From: Phyllobates terribilis
Taxonomy: Eukaryota
Length of the DNA: 60,809 nucleotides
Assembly: GCF_046119375.1 (NCBI RefSeq)
Contig: NW_027367200.1
Coordinates: forward strand, 1 to 60,809
Direction of reading: 5' to 3'
Under the pieces are notes generated by a model. That model ran no database searches and was not told the DNA's origin. It was given only the letters and a program-made list of their open reading frames with translations. Made by a program: the position numbers and the translations under genes. Shown piece by piece: positions 36,400-49,514 of this stretch; position 1 is the stretch's first letter, and each line of letters starts with the position of its first letter.

Positions 36400-37150
36400 A
36401 TATGAATAACTGTGACTGTTTCTGGGTTGTCGTGCCCCAAGTACGCAACCTTATATAGTAGTGGAGTCTGATCATCCCTGTGTTTCAAGGTATAAAAATG
36501 TGTTAATGCTCTTCGAGTCATGATCGGGAGATCGTCGAGTCATGCTCGGGAATAGCAAATAGATTAAGGTATGTACCTCGTACGTAACCGTGACTGGCTC
36601 GGGGTCGTCGTGCCCCAAAGACGCAGCCGTATATTGAATCTAGTCATCCCTGCAAGGCAGAGGGTAAAAAATGTATTAATGCTTCGTCGAGTCATGATCG
36701 GGAGAACATCGAGTCATGCTCGGGAATATCAAATAGATTGAGGGATGTACCTCGTAAGTAACCGTGAATGGCTCGGGGTCGTCGTGCCCCAAAGACGCAA
36801 CAGTATATTGAATCTAATCATCCCTGCAAGACAGGGGTAAAAAATGTATTAATGCTTTGTCGAGTCATGATCGGGAGAACATCGAGTCATGCAATAGAAA
36901 TAGATTGAGGGATGTACCTCGTAAGTAACTGTGACTGGCTCGGGGCCGTCGTGCCCCAAAGATGCAGCCGTATATGGTGTTTAGTATACTCATCCCTGTG
37001 TAAGGGGGTAAAATTGCGTTAATGATTGTCGAGGCATGCTCGGGATTAATGAACATCGAGTCATGCTCGGGTTTAATAAATAATTTTAAGGTGAGTACCT
37101 CGTAAGTTTCCGTGACTGGCTCGGGGTCGTCGAGCCCCAAGGACGCAGCC
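36400..37150. repeat. Tandem array of ~173-bp units (about 4.5 copies) in the Retand 3' region
   Basis: The unit anchor TCGAGTCATGATCGGG recurs at ~36513, 36687, 36860 and 37029 (degenerate), with a recurring GGCTCGGGG(T/C)CGTCGTGCCCCAAAG. Confidence 0.85.
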
Positions 37151-37390
37151 GAATGTTAGTTGCCATTGCTCTTATGTGGTCGAGTGAGTGTGGCTCTCTC
37201 CCTGGTACCATGTTAGTTGTCAAGGCCTCGACGAGCCTTAACTTACTGCCTCGCCTATTATGCGCGATTAATGTTATTCTGTGCCTAACATATATAAGGC
37301 GAATAGAGTATGTGCATCTACCCGAGTGCTGGAATATTAAATAGGTGTGAGTGAAATGGGAGTGTACCTTATTGGCGAGGCGTTTAGCTG

Positions 37391-40300
37391 TTAAGGATAG
37401 TGTTTGCGGAGTTGCATCACATTCCACGAGTTTGCGATGCGGTTCCCAGCACTATCCTTGAGTTTGTAAGCCCCTGGTGCTACCTCGGCCTCAACGATGT
37501 ATGGCCATTCCCAATTGGGGTCGAGCTTACCCCCTTCCGTCTTTCGCATCACCAAATCTCCCTTTACGAACCCCCGAGGTTTCACCTTTTTGTTGTAGTA
37601 CTTGGCTACAGTGGCCTTGTGGTTAGTCGCTCGTATGGTCTCTAGCTCACGCGTTTCTTCTCGAAGTTGCAACTCAAGCGCCATTTTCTCTATGTTCTCA
37701 ATCTCGTCATACTGGATGACCCTATCTGTCGGGAAAAGATGCTCAACGGGGACCACCGCCTCGACTCCATACGCGAGAGAGAAAGGTGTCTCCCCTGTGG
37801 CTTTCTTGACAATTGTCCGATTTTCCCATAGCACTAGGGGCAACTGCTCGGCCCATAGCCATTGAGCACCATCTAGTCGCTTCTTCAAATCTGTAACAAT
37901 GCTCTTATTCACTGCCTCGACTTGCCCATTGCAATGAGGGTGAGCCACCGAGGCAAACTTCAGCCTGATACCAAGATCCTTGCATCACTCGATGAGCTTT
38001 GGTGTATTGAACTGTGGCTCTCTATCCGTCACAATATCTTGCGGAAGTCCATACCGGCAGATGATGTTTTGCCACAAGAACTTTTGCACGGCTTGGACTG
38101 TCGTACGAGCTAAAGGTATCGCCTCGATCCACTTCGTGAAATAATCGATTGCGACAATGATGAATTCGAGTTGCCCTGGTGCTTTCGGTGTAAATGGGCC
38201 TAACAAGTCTAAGCCCCACATGGCGAAAGAGAAAGGCCCCGACATTACTTGCATCTCGACCCCTGGATGGTGACATGCCAGAGCGTGAGCGTGATAGGCT
38301 TTACACGATCGTGCGATGGCCATAGCGTCATCACGCATAGATAGCCAGAAATGCCCGTGGCATAGTGCCTTGAATACCAGGGATCGCCAACCCGCATGTG
38401 TCCCACACAACCCTGCATGCAGCTCGACCAACATTTTGTTGCCTTCTTCTTTCGACAAGCACCTCAGTTCCCGTGACATTATCCCTCATTTGTATAGTTC
38501 ACCTTGGCAAGCAAAGAACCGCGAGGCCTTGGTCTGAAGGCGCTCCCGCTCTCGTGGATCCTCTGGAATGTTCGTTTGCGCAAGGTAGTAGAGTATTGGA
38601 GTCCTCCAGTCCTCGACGACGGGTTGATCAATGGCCATTAGCTCTAACTGCTCGGAGATAGATTTAACGGAGGCGGTATTAAACTAGATCGGCCGAGATT
38701 TCCCCACCTGCCGCACGTCGATTAACTGTTCCCTAGACACAAGTTTGGCTAGCCCATCAGCCTGTTCGTTCTCGTCGCGTGGGATCGCAGTAATGAGAAA
38801 ATTCTTGAACATCCCACGCAAACGCGCCACATGCGCCTGGTATTGTGGTAGGGTGCGTGTTCGCGCCTTGTATACGCCCTGAACCTGCTGGACGACCACC
38901 TCGGAATCGCAAAAACACTCTATCTCCTCCACCTGCTCTTCGAGGGCGATCTCGAGCCCAATGACCATCGCCTCGTATTCTGCCTCGTTGTTTGTTGCCT
39001 CAAAATCGAGTGTTATCGCATGCTCGTATAGGTCCTCCTCGGGCGAGAACAGAGCTATGCCTGCTCCGCACCCATTATTGTTGACTGCGCCATCCATAAA
39101 AAGCCTCCACGGACTCGGCGATAAGCAAGAGGACCCTTCGCTGCCTCGGAAGCTGGTTTTGATGATGAAATCTGCTAATGCTTGGGCCTTAATAGACGGT
39201 CGAGGTTGATATTCAATGTCGAACTCGGAGAGCTCGACGACCCATTTCGTCATTCGGCCTGACAGGGTTGGTCGATAGAGTACAACTCGTAGCGGGAGGT
39301 CTGTGAGGACCTATATGGTGTGGGCGTGGAAATACGGCCTTAGCCGTCGTGCCGCCATGACAAGTGTGTAGACCGTTTTCTCGACTGGTGAGTAGCGGCC
39401 CTCTGTGGGTGAAAGAGCTTTGCTAACGAAATATATGGGCTTCTAATGCTCGCGGACAAGGACTGCACTGGCTGTCCTCGAGCTAGCTGCGAGATATACC
39501 TGTAACACTTCTCCGGGAACAGGCGACGAGAGGGTAGGAAGATTAGACAGGTGCTCTTTGAGACTTGTGAATGCCGCTTCGCACTCCTATGTCCACGCAA
39601 AGCTCTTTGGTTTCTTTAGTATATCGAAGAAAGGAAGGTTACGCTCGGCAAGCTTCGCGCAAAACCTCCCTAGATAATTCCCCGCTCCCATGAATCTCTG
39701 TACTTCGTGTACCGTTCGTGGTGGTTTCATGTCGAGCACTGCCTGAATCTTTGAAAGGTTCACCTGGATACCCCTCGAGTTGATCTGGAATCCCAAGAAC
39801 TGCCCCTCGGTCACTCCAAACACACATTTTTCGGGATTGAGGCTCATCCCATACCGACGCAGCGTGCTAAATACTTCTTGGAGATCCCTCGGGTGATCCT
39901 CCTGGTGCCTACTCTTGACCACAATGTCGTCCACATAAGCCTCGATAGTCTTGCTGAGCTGCTCTCTGAACACCTTGTCGACGAGCCTCTGAAAAGTCAC
40001 TCCCGCATTCTTGAGGCCGAAAGGCATAACTCTATAGCAAAAGGTCCCTCTGCCCAGCATCGGCGGGGTTCATTACAACTTGGTTGTACCCCGAATAAGC
40101 GTCGAGGAAGCTTAGCGCCTCATGCCCCACAGTATAATCGACGAGCTGATCGATTGAGGGGAGAGGGTAACTATCCTTCGGGCATGCTTTGTTCAGATCT
40201 GTGAAATCGACGCACATGTGCCACTTGCCAGTACCCTTCTTGGGGACCATCACCACGTTGGCCAGCCATGTTGAATACTGGATGGATTGCACGAATCTTG

Positions 40301-42996
40301 CTTTAAGCAGCTCGGCCGCTGCTACTTCGTTCTTTGGGCCTGCTTGCTTTCACTTCTTCTTCCTTTGGGGAGTAGCTTGGGGGTCGATGGCTAGGGAGTG
40401 AGTAATAATTTCTGGAGGTATCCCCTTCAGGTCTCGAGGAGACCAGGCAAAGACATCCCTCGAGGCCCCGAGCATAAGCTTTATCTCTGCCATTACCTTT
40501 GCGCGAAGGCCCTGGCCTACATACAGGTTTTTTCCGCCCTTGTCAAATGGTGATATGCACTGCCTACCCACATCGACGGCCTGTGAGAGGTCCTCGCTCC
40601 CCGAGCCTGACCTTCTCTCTTCTCGGGGGTCGAGGTCTGCTTCCTCCTCAGTTCTTAGTGACCCGGACAAGCAAAGGTGGTTTGTGTGAACTGGCTTCTT
40701 GTCGTTCTGCTCAGCCTGTATGTAGAATTTTCACTTTCCTCTTGGTTTCCCCTCACGATGCCTGTACCGCTCGCCGTTGGGAACTTCAGGCAAAAGTGGC
40801 TTATAGACACGACCGCCTCGAAACGCGTTAGGGAGTCTCGCCCAAGGATGGAGTTATATGAAGATGCCAAAGGGATGACTAGAAAGTCAATCGGGCAACT
40901 TCGTCGAGGGCCACCTTCATCCCCTAGTATCATGTCGATCGTTGCCACCCCCAGAGCCTTTATCGAGTCCCCAGTGAACCTGACGAGATTTGCTTTTGTT
41001 GGGCGAAGGCGTGAGGCATCCAACCCTAGTCTTTGATAGGCGTCCCAATAGATGATGTCTGCCGCGCTCCCAGTGTCCACCATCACCCTCTTGACGACCT
41101 TTGTCCCTAATTGGATGTGGGCGATGAGAGGGTCGGTCCTCTTGTTGACCCACTCGACGACGTCCGAATCTGTGAAGCTCAACTGGTATGGGTTTTGGGT
41201 CGATTCAGTAATAAGTAGTATCGGCTTTCCCGAGGGAAGAGGGGCGTTGTTGGCCCGCCTCAGATCTCGTCGACTAAGAGATCGGGGTTCGTGGCAGCCA
41301 GTTATTATTCCCACAAAGCCATCCGGCTGAGGGAATTGTGGTGGTGGGGGGACAGGTGGTGGTAGTTGGTTAGCCTGTCTTCCTTCTGCTCGTCGAGCGG
41401 CCATGACGCGTCTGTCCTCCTTAGCGCCTCGTTATACAGGGTTCGACACTCAGCGGTCGTGTGGGTTCGAGTGCGATGTTTTTCACACCACACTAGTCAC
41501 TGCGGCCTTGCTTGTCGCCCGCGGACTGGTCCTCTTTGCACTGTTGCCACCATTGCTTGTACCGGGAACTGGGTCTGATTTTGGTGGCCCTGGGCTTGGA
41601 GGGCCGAGACCCTTGGGTGCTGGTCCGCCTGACGTTTGGGCCCCCATGGTGCATTGCCCTTTTGAGCACCACCATGTGTATGCCCTTGCTTCTTCGAGGG
41701 CTCGGCCCCATTGTTCCGGCCCGTTATTTTATCGGACTCAATCTGCCCGTACGCCTTTTGGGGCATGCGATCGTAACTGAGATACATGTCCCTGTCGTTG
41801 ATCTTTCGACCAAGCCTGTCCTTGAAATCAGAGTCGTCGAGGAGACCCCCGAAGAAAGCTTGTCGAGCACCATCCTCGGTGAAATCATGGGCCTCAAGCG
41901 CTATAGTGGTGAACCTCTTCACGTAGTTCTCTAAACTCTCGCCCACCTTCTGCTTGACGCCCTGTGTTTGTAGCATTGTCACCTTGCGCTTCTTAGAGGC
42001 GCTAAAATGGGTTACGAAACGCTCCTCCAGGTCGTGGAAGTTTTGGATTATCCGTTTCGGCAGAGACAAGATCCATGAGAGTGCGGTTCCAGACAGAGTG
42101 TTCGGGAATCCCTTACACATGGTGGTGGCGTCAGCATTGCACGCCAGCATGGCGTACCTGTACCGGTTGATATGGTCTCGAGGGTCTTCACGACCAGAGT
42201 ACTCCTTCGAGGTTGGGTATTTGAAGTTGTCGCACACGGGGGTGTGGATAATATGATCTGTGAAGATGGTTGCCCCCCGTGAGGTTGATCCTTGGCTGAA
42301 ATGGTGGTCATGGTTAGGAGCAGGAAATGGGTTATACGGGGCTGGTGGGCGAGGCCCCATATGTTGCTCATGGCTATAATGTTCAGGTTCATAGCTGGTG
42401 TACGGGTGCGGGTTTAGGTGATGCTCGACGACATTTTGGACATAGACAGGTGGTAAGGGGTGTTCATGTTGTCTCTGCTCGTGCAACATGGATGGTATAT
42501 AAGGCTCATGAGCTCAGGAGGGCGGACACCGAGGTTCAAAAGGTTGCGCGGCCGGACGCAGGTTGGTTGTTTGTGGGGCCTGGGGTACGTGAGGGTGCAC
42601 GAGCTGATCGTCGGGGTACATAGGGGGAGCTGAGTGACGACCCTGGCCACGCGATCAAGCATTGCGATGAGGTTCAGGGTCTAGGCGGGTGAGCTCGCGT
42701 TCTCTTGTGACCCGTGACTCCTCGTTCAGCCTGGCCAGTGCCATCTCATCATGCTGACGCTGCCGTCCCTCTTCCTCTAGCCGCAGGCGCTGCTCGAGCA
42801 CCTCGTGTTGTCGTTTAGTCACTTGGAAACGTCTGAATTCATGGAACTCGGCCATGTCAGTGGTGATAGCGACATTGCGACTCCGCTGAGTGGTGGCCTC
42901 CGCAGATGCGTTACCCAGTCGTGAGCCAGCCTCTCGACGCCTCTCAGGGGCGCTGTTGTTGCGGCGTCTACTTTGTGTTGTGTTCTGGCTAGCCAT
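37391..42996 (-). pseudogene. gag-pol remnants of the Retand element
   Basis: gag (YSGREDPRDHI...FPNTLSGTALSW), protease (VMVDTGSAADII), RT (WHMCVDFTDLNKACPKD, YVDD), additional RNase H (WRLFMDGA...NNEAEYEA) and integrase (WGLDLLGP...NGQVEAVNK), broken by frameshifts and stops. Confidence 0.92.
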
Positions 42997-43029
42997 TCGA
43001 TACTCTGTGTTTGCTTAGTTGTGTGAGAG

Positions 43030-43049
43030 GTTCTCCACGATCGGCGTCA
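43030..43049 (-). other. Degenerate primer-binding site (tRNA-Lys-like)
   Basis: The element strand reads TGACGCCGATCGTGGAGAA 1 bp after the 5' LTR, resembling the TGGCGCC(C/G)..CGTGGG PBS of Tat elements. Confidence 0.55.
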
Positions 43050-43050
43050 G

Positions 43051-43498
43051 TGTTGAAGCCCAAGTTCCTTGTAGAGTCAACACGTCTCGGCGAGAGGCTT
43101 AGATTCACTCTTGACTTCCTTAGCCGAGGGTAAAGACGGTCCCAAGCTTCCAGAGTCCGAAGTGCTCGTCGATCTGTCTGTACAAGTCCTTGACGATGTA
43201 GGGGGGGGGGCTTCCTCTAGATTTGGCTCTCCGACGCTCAAGTCAGTAGCGGCTCAATAGAGGGGTAGGTGTTACGATTAGTGCTCGGGTATGGTAGGAC
43301 AACGGAGTACTTTTGGCTCTGAATTTCGGCAGAGTTTTAGTACGTGTGAGAAAGTGATCCCTCCTCCGTGTACTATACCTTTGTATTTATAGGAAAAGCT
43401 ATTTGGGTCGCCATTTAATGGGCCTTTTTTTCCCTTTTCTCTTATTTCGGGCCATAAATCTATTAAAAATAAACCAGACTGCGGGACCCGCCCAAATA
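43051..43498 (-). repeat. 5' LTR of the Retand element
   Basis: 448 bp, colinear with 31981-32446 except for a ~19-bp deletion; the terminal TG is mutated to TA. Confidence 0.95.
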
Positions 43499-45330
43499 TT
43501 GATAATAATATATTACTTATTTGACTTTGGTTTTTATCTACTGAAAAATATTCGCATTAAATAAAATATAGATACATATATATTGATCTCTCAAACCTGT
43601 TTTAGCGAAGTATATGGGATAGATTCTTATTGTGGTTCTCATAATAAGTTAGATACTTTAATGTTTTTTCTTGACCTAGTGCAACATTTTCATGAATTGA
43701 CCTCTTTCTAAAGTATAATTAAATTGAGGCACTAAATCCGTATATTGTCGTACATGTTATATCTCTTAAGAAAAAGGGATTTTATTATTTATTACTCATA
43801 GAGTTATGAATAAGACATCAAATATAGAAATTTATTTAATTAAAAGTTTATAAAATTATTATATTTTATTTATTTGTGATACTTTAAGTATATAATTCTT
43901 CATAAACAATTTAATGATTTATTATGTCTGGATATTGATAAAAGTGTTAAGAAATTAAATTCGAGGGTGAAAATAATAATCCCATCAAAATAAAAAAAAA
44001 GTGTTTTTAATCTTTTTTGTTGAGACGATAAATAGTAAACTTCGTACAAAAAGAGAGAAAACATGTATTGTCTCCATCTTGATTCCTAAAAATTTCTATA
44101 TACCTTTCCAAGTTAATTCAAAAGCATCTTATATCTTGCTCAGTATTCGATTCTGCCTCCTTTATTTTTTTTTTTTTTCTAAAGTTCGATTCTCCTTTAT
44201 GCTGTGACGAGCTATCGTGTTTGGTTTGTCGGGTAAAATGGAAACAATAGAATAATCTGATCTTATATTGTTGGTTTTGTAAATTTAGATTCGTCTGACA
44301 ATATTAGATAAATTTTATTTTTCATTTAGACGAAAGATGGTAGGTGAATTAAAAGGTAAATTTATGTAGATAAATTTTCTAATTAATTTTCAATATTGAG
44401 GATGAATTTTTTTATTCATTTCATGAAAACTTAATAAGATAGATGAATTGAGCTTTTAAATTCATGTAGATGAATTTTGGGGATAAAATGGTTATTTCAC
44501 AAGGACCATCTTTTTATTTAATTTTAAATACATTCATTTAGATGGATGTAGATTGTCGAATGGAGCTTACTGCAATATCAATGTATCATATATCAATGTA
44601 GTTAAATCCCTAAATCTATGTTTCATAATCCTACCTTTACATTTGAGCTGACCGACAGTGTTCTACTACTGATATTTGATATGGGTGTAAGAATAAACAA
44701 AAATGATAAGAACGGCTAAATGTGGCTTTATTTGAAGGTTCAGTGGATTGTAGATTGATCATATTATACTGTTTTTTTAGCGGCATACATGATTGCTTTT
44801 GTTCTTCGGTTCATATTATAAATTTTTAATGGCTGTTTGATGCTTTTTGGTGGTCAAAAATAGGAACAATTTTGCTCAAAAGGATATATGTGGGGAACAT
44901 AATCATTGATTTATTTTAGTTTTTGTTTTCTAATAATTAGACTTAATTTAAAACTTAGATACATGTAAGAATTATAATTTTATACAAATTGTTATATATC
45001 GTACTTATTTTTAAAATAATACTTGAACTCAACAAACAATAAATATTTAAAATATTTTATGTAATTTATATTTGTATGTATCTATATACTCAAAAAATCG
45101 GCATCACGTTGTAAATGATAGCTAGTACTATTTAATTCATATTTTGTAGCATATATGAACCCCTACAAGTATTTGAAATGTAGTTGAAAAACTGGTTTGT
45201 TGTGCAAAAAACTAAACACCACCCGTATAATAACATGTTGCGAAATCCGTTGATTTCCACACATCAAAATGTGTAATACTGGTAAAATACAAACATCAAT
45301 TTTTAATTGTAGATATAATTTAAAAGGTGA

Positions 45331-45634
45331 AGTTTTTGCTGAAATTAGACACTATAATGCGAAATTTTGCAGCCGAACAATGGTATTGAAATAATGAATA
45401 CAAAGTGTTAAACTATGGACATAGAATATAAATTTGTGAATCTACTAAAAGAACAGAAAGTGATGAAAAAGTGACACGGTAACAATTTAAAAATATCTCA
45501 AAATTTCTTTTCTTGTTTTTTTTTTGTATGTTCACACATTTATACTTTACAGTTTAACAGTTTGTATTAATTATTTGGATAATATTATTTTACTAGTAAG
45601 TTTTTTGAATTTAAGGTCTAATTTTAATAAAACA
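45331..45634. mobile_element. Tourist-like MITE, family A
   Basis: Starts AGTTTTTGCTGAAATTAGAC...AATGCGAAATTTTGCAGCCG and ends TTTAAGGTCTAATTTTAATAAAAC; body matches the other copies. Confidence 0.7.
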
Positions 45635-46231
45635 TAATTCTAGAAAGATAAACATTGTACATCTATTCAAAATAAGAAATATGTTTTGGAAAGGTAAAGT
45701 TCGATTTATGCTTCTCTAAAAATCTGAATCCATATGTTGAAAAAGATGGTCTTTGAAATTCCCTTTCATACAACTCTTTTTTTTAATTCAAGGGTTACAT
45801 TGTTATAGCAGTCACTTTCAACAGCGTGCCAATTTCTGTACTCTACCTTAATTGCTTGGGTAAGTATGGTGACCTCTTCTTCTCTTCTCAGCAATTGACC
45901 GTTGCAATTTTGTTGGTATTCTACAATGGAATTATCTGCAGCTGTTCTTATGCTTATCTACTTACTCCACATGACCACATACAATTCTACCCAAATCACA
46001 CCAACTACTTAAACTTTTATACCTGTCGTTTAACATATAGCATCGCACTGCACATAAATTTGACAGAAATAATAAATAACCATATATTGGTACATGGTTC
46101 GGGTTTGTCTAGTTTCGCCTGAAAAAAACAAGATCTACCAGAATAATTCATAATTTATACAGAGTTCTAAAACTATATGTGATTATGATGATTACAACTA
46201 TTACTATACATAGATGTGTCGACAGATTGAG

Positions 46232-49200
46232 TTACCGTTTTGAGAAAACCACCAAGATGAGCATAGACATTGAAACCATAACCTTGAAGCTTGAGCTCTC
46301 CCAGAAATTTTGTTTGTCTCCGCAATCACAAGCAACAGGAAATTGCTTTGTAGTCAGCTGATCTCTCAGTTCTTTTATTGCCTTATCTCGTCTCTCCCCC
46401 ATCTAAAAGAATAACACATGGGTATTATTGAATGTAAGAGAAAGAGTTTATTGATAGAATTGTAGATTTATACAAAGTTGACAAACAACTTAAGAGATAA
46501 TATCTCCTAGTGGGCGGAATGGTTATACTAAATATAGCTAAATAATTATAGATATATCTACAAGAATCTTCTAAATATATTAGTGTTATAAATTTGGAGG
46601 AAGTTTTTAAAATTTGACGACCTGTTATTCAAAACATGAACGTAGAGTATAAATTGTGAACAAAGAGCATGGATTTGTGAACTTATAAAAAAAATTATGA
46701 GAAAATGACACAGTCACAAATTCATATTCTGTGTTCATAATATAATACTCAGTGTTCATTATTTGGATTGCAAGGTTCAGCTGCGAAATTTAACATTTTA
46801 AGTAGACCTGCTCAAAGGTAGTAGGCCCGCCGGCCCAGCCTAAAATATGAGCGGGTTTGAATACAAGATTTTGCCCATCTGGGGAGAACAGGGCCCGCCC
46901 ATATAAATACGGGAGTATGGGTTCTGAAATTGTCCCGTTGGGCCCACCCAGCCCGTCCATATGCATGGAGAATGGAATAAGTTAACCTAATTTTCCTACT
47001 CCCGGGTGGTTTAGGCTTTTGAATCAATTACTTGATTTTAGTTATTTGACGGTTTTATTGCAGGTACCACGAAACTATATAGACTTTGAGTTTGATTTTC
47101 AAAGGTTTGATAATAGTGGGCGGGTATGGACACAAAAAACTAAAATCAAGTAAGTGTTGATTTAAGGTCTGATTTGAGCAAACCTAATTCTATTAATTTG
47201 ATTACTGTTTTGAAATGGTGAAAATGATTACCCTTGCAAGCTTTCTGGTCTGAGACCGAGATTCCTGGAGGCAAAACTCCAGCTTCAACACTCTTTTCTT
47301 AAGCTCCTGATCTGCCTTCTTGTGTTTCTCAAGCTACATGATAAAAGAACCATACTAATTGTTGATTTGATCAAATTAAAGAAAGCAATGAAAGCAGTAG
47401 TAACCACTTGTTTATATACCTGAGATTCCAACTCCATTGTTTTGAATCTCCAGTGAGCAGACAGAATCTTTATCTCATCTCTGAGTCGGCTAATCTCCTC
47501 ATCTTTGGCAGTCAAAAGCCTATTCATCTTCTCAAGGTTCTTTGGAGAAACTTCATCTAGTATTTTCATCAGCTCACACTCTTTGCTTGAACCGGCTTTG
47601 GCAATTGTTTGCATTATGTCATGCTCAACTCTAGCTACCTCATCTTTCAGTTGCTTCTGTGTAGATTCCCTTGCTTCTAGATTCTTCTGGAGATTGTTTA
47701 GCTGATCTTCCATTCTTTTGACACGGTCTTCTTGTTCTTTTAATGAGTTGTTCTTCATGTCAAGCTCTCTGAGAAGAGCTGTACATTGAAGTTGTGCTGA
47801 TTCAGCTGAAGCAGTACTAGCCTCTGCTGTTGCTTGTGTAAGTGTAAGTTGAGATCTGAGGTTATCCAACTCCACCAGGTACTGAAACATAATGAAAATA
47901 ATGTGTTTTTAGTAGATGACCAGGCCCGAAACTTGACTAAAACTGGTGAAAAAATGACGAATCAGAATTGGTCAAGCTCAAAAGAGTACAAGAAACATCA
48001 TACTAGTTCTCACTTTCCTGTACAAGGAATGAATCAAAAGATAACAAACAGAAATCAAGTATATAAGAAGTAGAGGGTCCAAAATAATCACACTTTTCTC
48101 TCACATTCATTATATCTCTAGATCTTTCATGTCCCACTTGAAATCTTTAAAGCACTTAGACCCTATCACATGTTTAGTATAAAGATGGAATTGGAATGTG
48201 GAGTTCATTTAAAGTAACACAAGCTTTTAAAGGATGTGCATCCTTTGATCTGAACTATGCCAGATTCCCAAAATTGACATATACTTTATATGGAGGTTTT
48301 AATACTAACATGAGACTCGTTGGCAGCTATATTCCTGCGGCAATCAAATATATTTATGGAGTAATTATCAACATATTTTTCCATTCACATTTTAATACAT
48401 CACGGTGGTCATAAATGGTTACCACCTATAGTATTGGACTGGTATTCAAGCTTCCATACTAAGTATTGCTAAGCTTTAATTATAGATCATCACTAGCTAA
48501 CCATATCCTTAAATGTTTGTTGGTTTGTCATAATCTATATTATCCCAGTTTGAGGTAGTGCAACGATGAGAGGCTTCCAAAAATGGCGAGAGCGGGAAAA
48601 CATGAACTCAAAAAATTCTATGCATAGAAAGGCTCAAATCTTGTTTCTTTTCAAATTTTGAATATCCTGGGAAACAGGGATAGATCATTTAATATTTTAA
48701 GCTAGTATAAACAAAGCATATAAAGCACTACAGTAGCATGGGGGCTTGGAACTCAACCTGTCTGCACCAAAAAACAAAGAATAAAAGCCAAAAAGGTACC
48801 TAGCCAATATGCTTGTGCATATACTGTACATGTGGACCAAACCACCTTAACAAGAGAAAACCACACATCAAGACAGATTATACACTAATTGAACAACTCA
48901 AAAACCATAATCGCTATTCTAATCTCTCAGAAATTATTGAAAACTAAACTTTAACAAATTATACTAAACAAATAAGAGTTAAGAAAACGCACAATCAAGG
49001 ACCTTAAAGAGTGGGACCTTTACCTTTTGAGCATTTGATGTTGATGCTTGCAATTGTCCATTTTCTCCTCCAAGCAGCTTTGCAAATTACCAATCTCATC
49101 TGCCAAGTTCTTAGCCTTGGCTTCTGCTTCCTGTTAAACACCCATCAAATTCCAAACTTAGTTCACCCAGTACGAAATTTTGAAGATCAAGGGACCCACA

Positions 49201-49514
49201 GTTTCAAAGGGACAATAGAGAAGAAGGACAGAAAATAATTGCAAATTATACAATTCAAACTTTCAAACTACAAACACAATTCCAAAAATAGGGTGGTACT
49301 TCAAACATGAGCCAGATCTCTTACTAACCTGCCTAGTTAGGGTTTCTTTAACATATGTCTGCTCCTGCAAAGCAAGGCGGCTTCGAACCTCCTTCAACTC
49401 GGCTGCCAAAGACACCACGTTCCTCCTGAAACTTTGCTTCTTTTCGCTCAGATCCTTCAGCAGAGGATCAACTTCGCTTGTCGATGGCAACCTATCTGCG
49501 CTCGGTGTAACCAT
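46232..49514 (-). CDS. NEAP: Nuclear envelope-associated coiled-coil protein (NEAP family), 5 coding exons; 1-bp frameshift in exon 2 as assembled
   Basis: Exons 49329-49514, 49024-49130, 47420-47881, 47232-47333 and 46232-46402. Motifs [64 protein letters not shown], and C-terminal [25 protein letters not shown]. The total of 1028 nt is one short of in-frame. Confidence 0.9.
46570..47185. mobile_element. Family-A Tourist MITE interrupted by a GGCCC-rich insert, in NEAP intron 4
   Basis: The body ends GGTTCAGCTGCGAAATTTAACATTTTAAG at ~46802, and the terminus TTTAAGGTCTGATTTGAGCAAACC+TAA resumes at 47161. The insert begins TAGACCTGCTCAA. Confidence 0.5.

Larger units (their letters stand above)
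31981..43498 (-). mobile_element. Complete Ty3/gypsy Tat/Retand LTR retrotransposon (11.5 kb)
   Basis: LTRs 31981-32446 and 43051-43498; TSD TTGAT at 31976-31980 and 43499-43503; degenerate PBS next to the 5' LTR; gag-PR-RT-RH-aRH-INT on the minus strand; long 3' region with tandem repeats and an antisense ORF. Confidence 0.95.

Noticed and set aside
36400-37150. CRISPR-like repeat-spacer array
   Set aside because: The units are full-length tandem repeats without unique spacers, inside a plant retroelement; there are no cas genes.
45095-45126. Helitron 3' end (…GATAGCTAGT)
   Set aside because: CTAG is present but the upstream hairpin is not convincing and no 5' end was identified.
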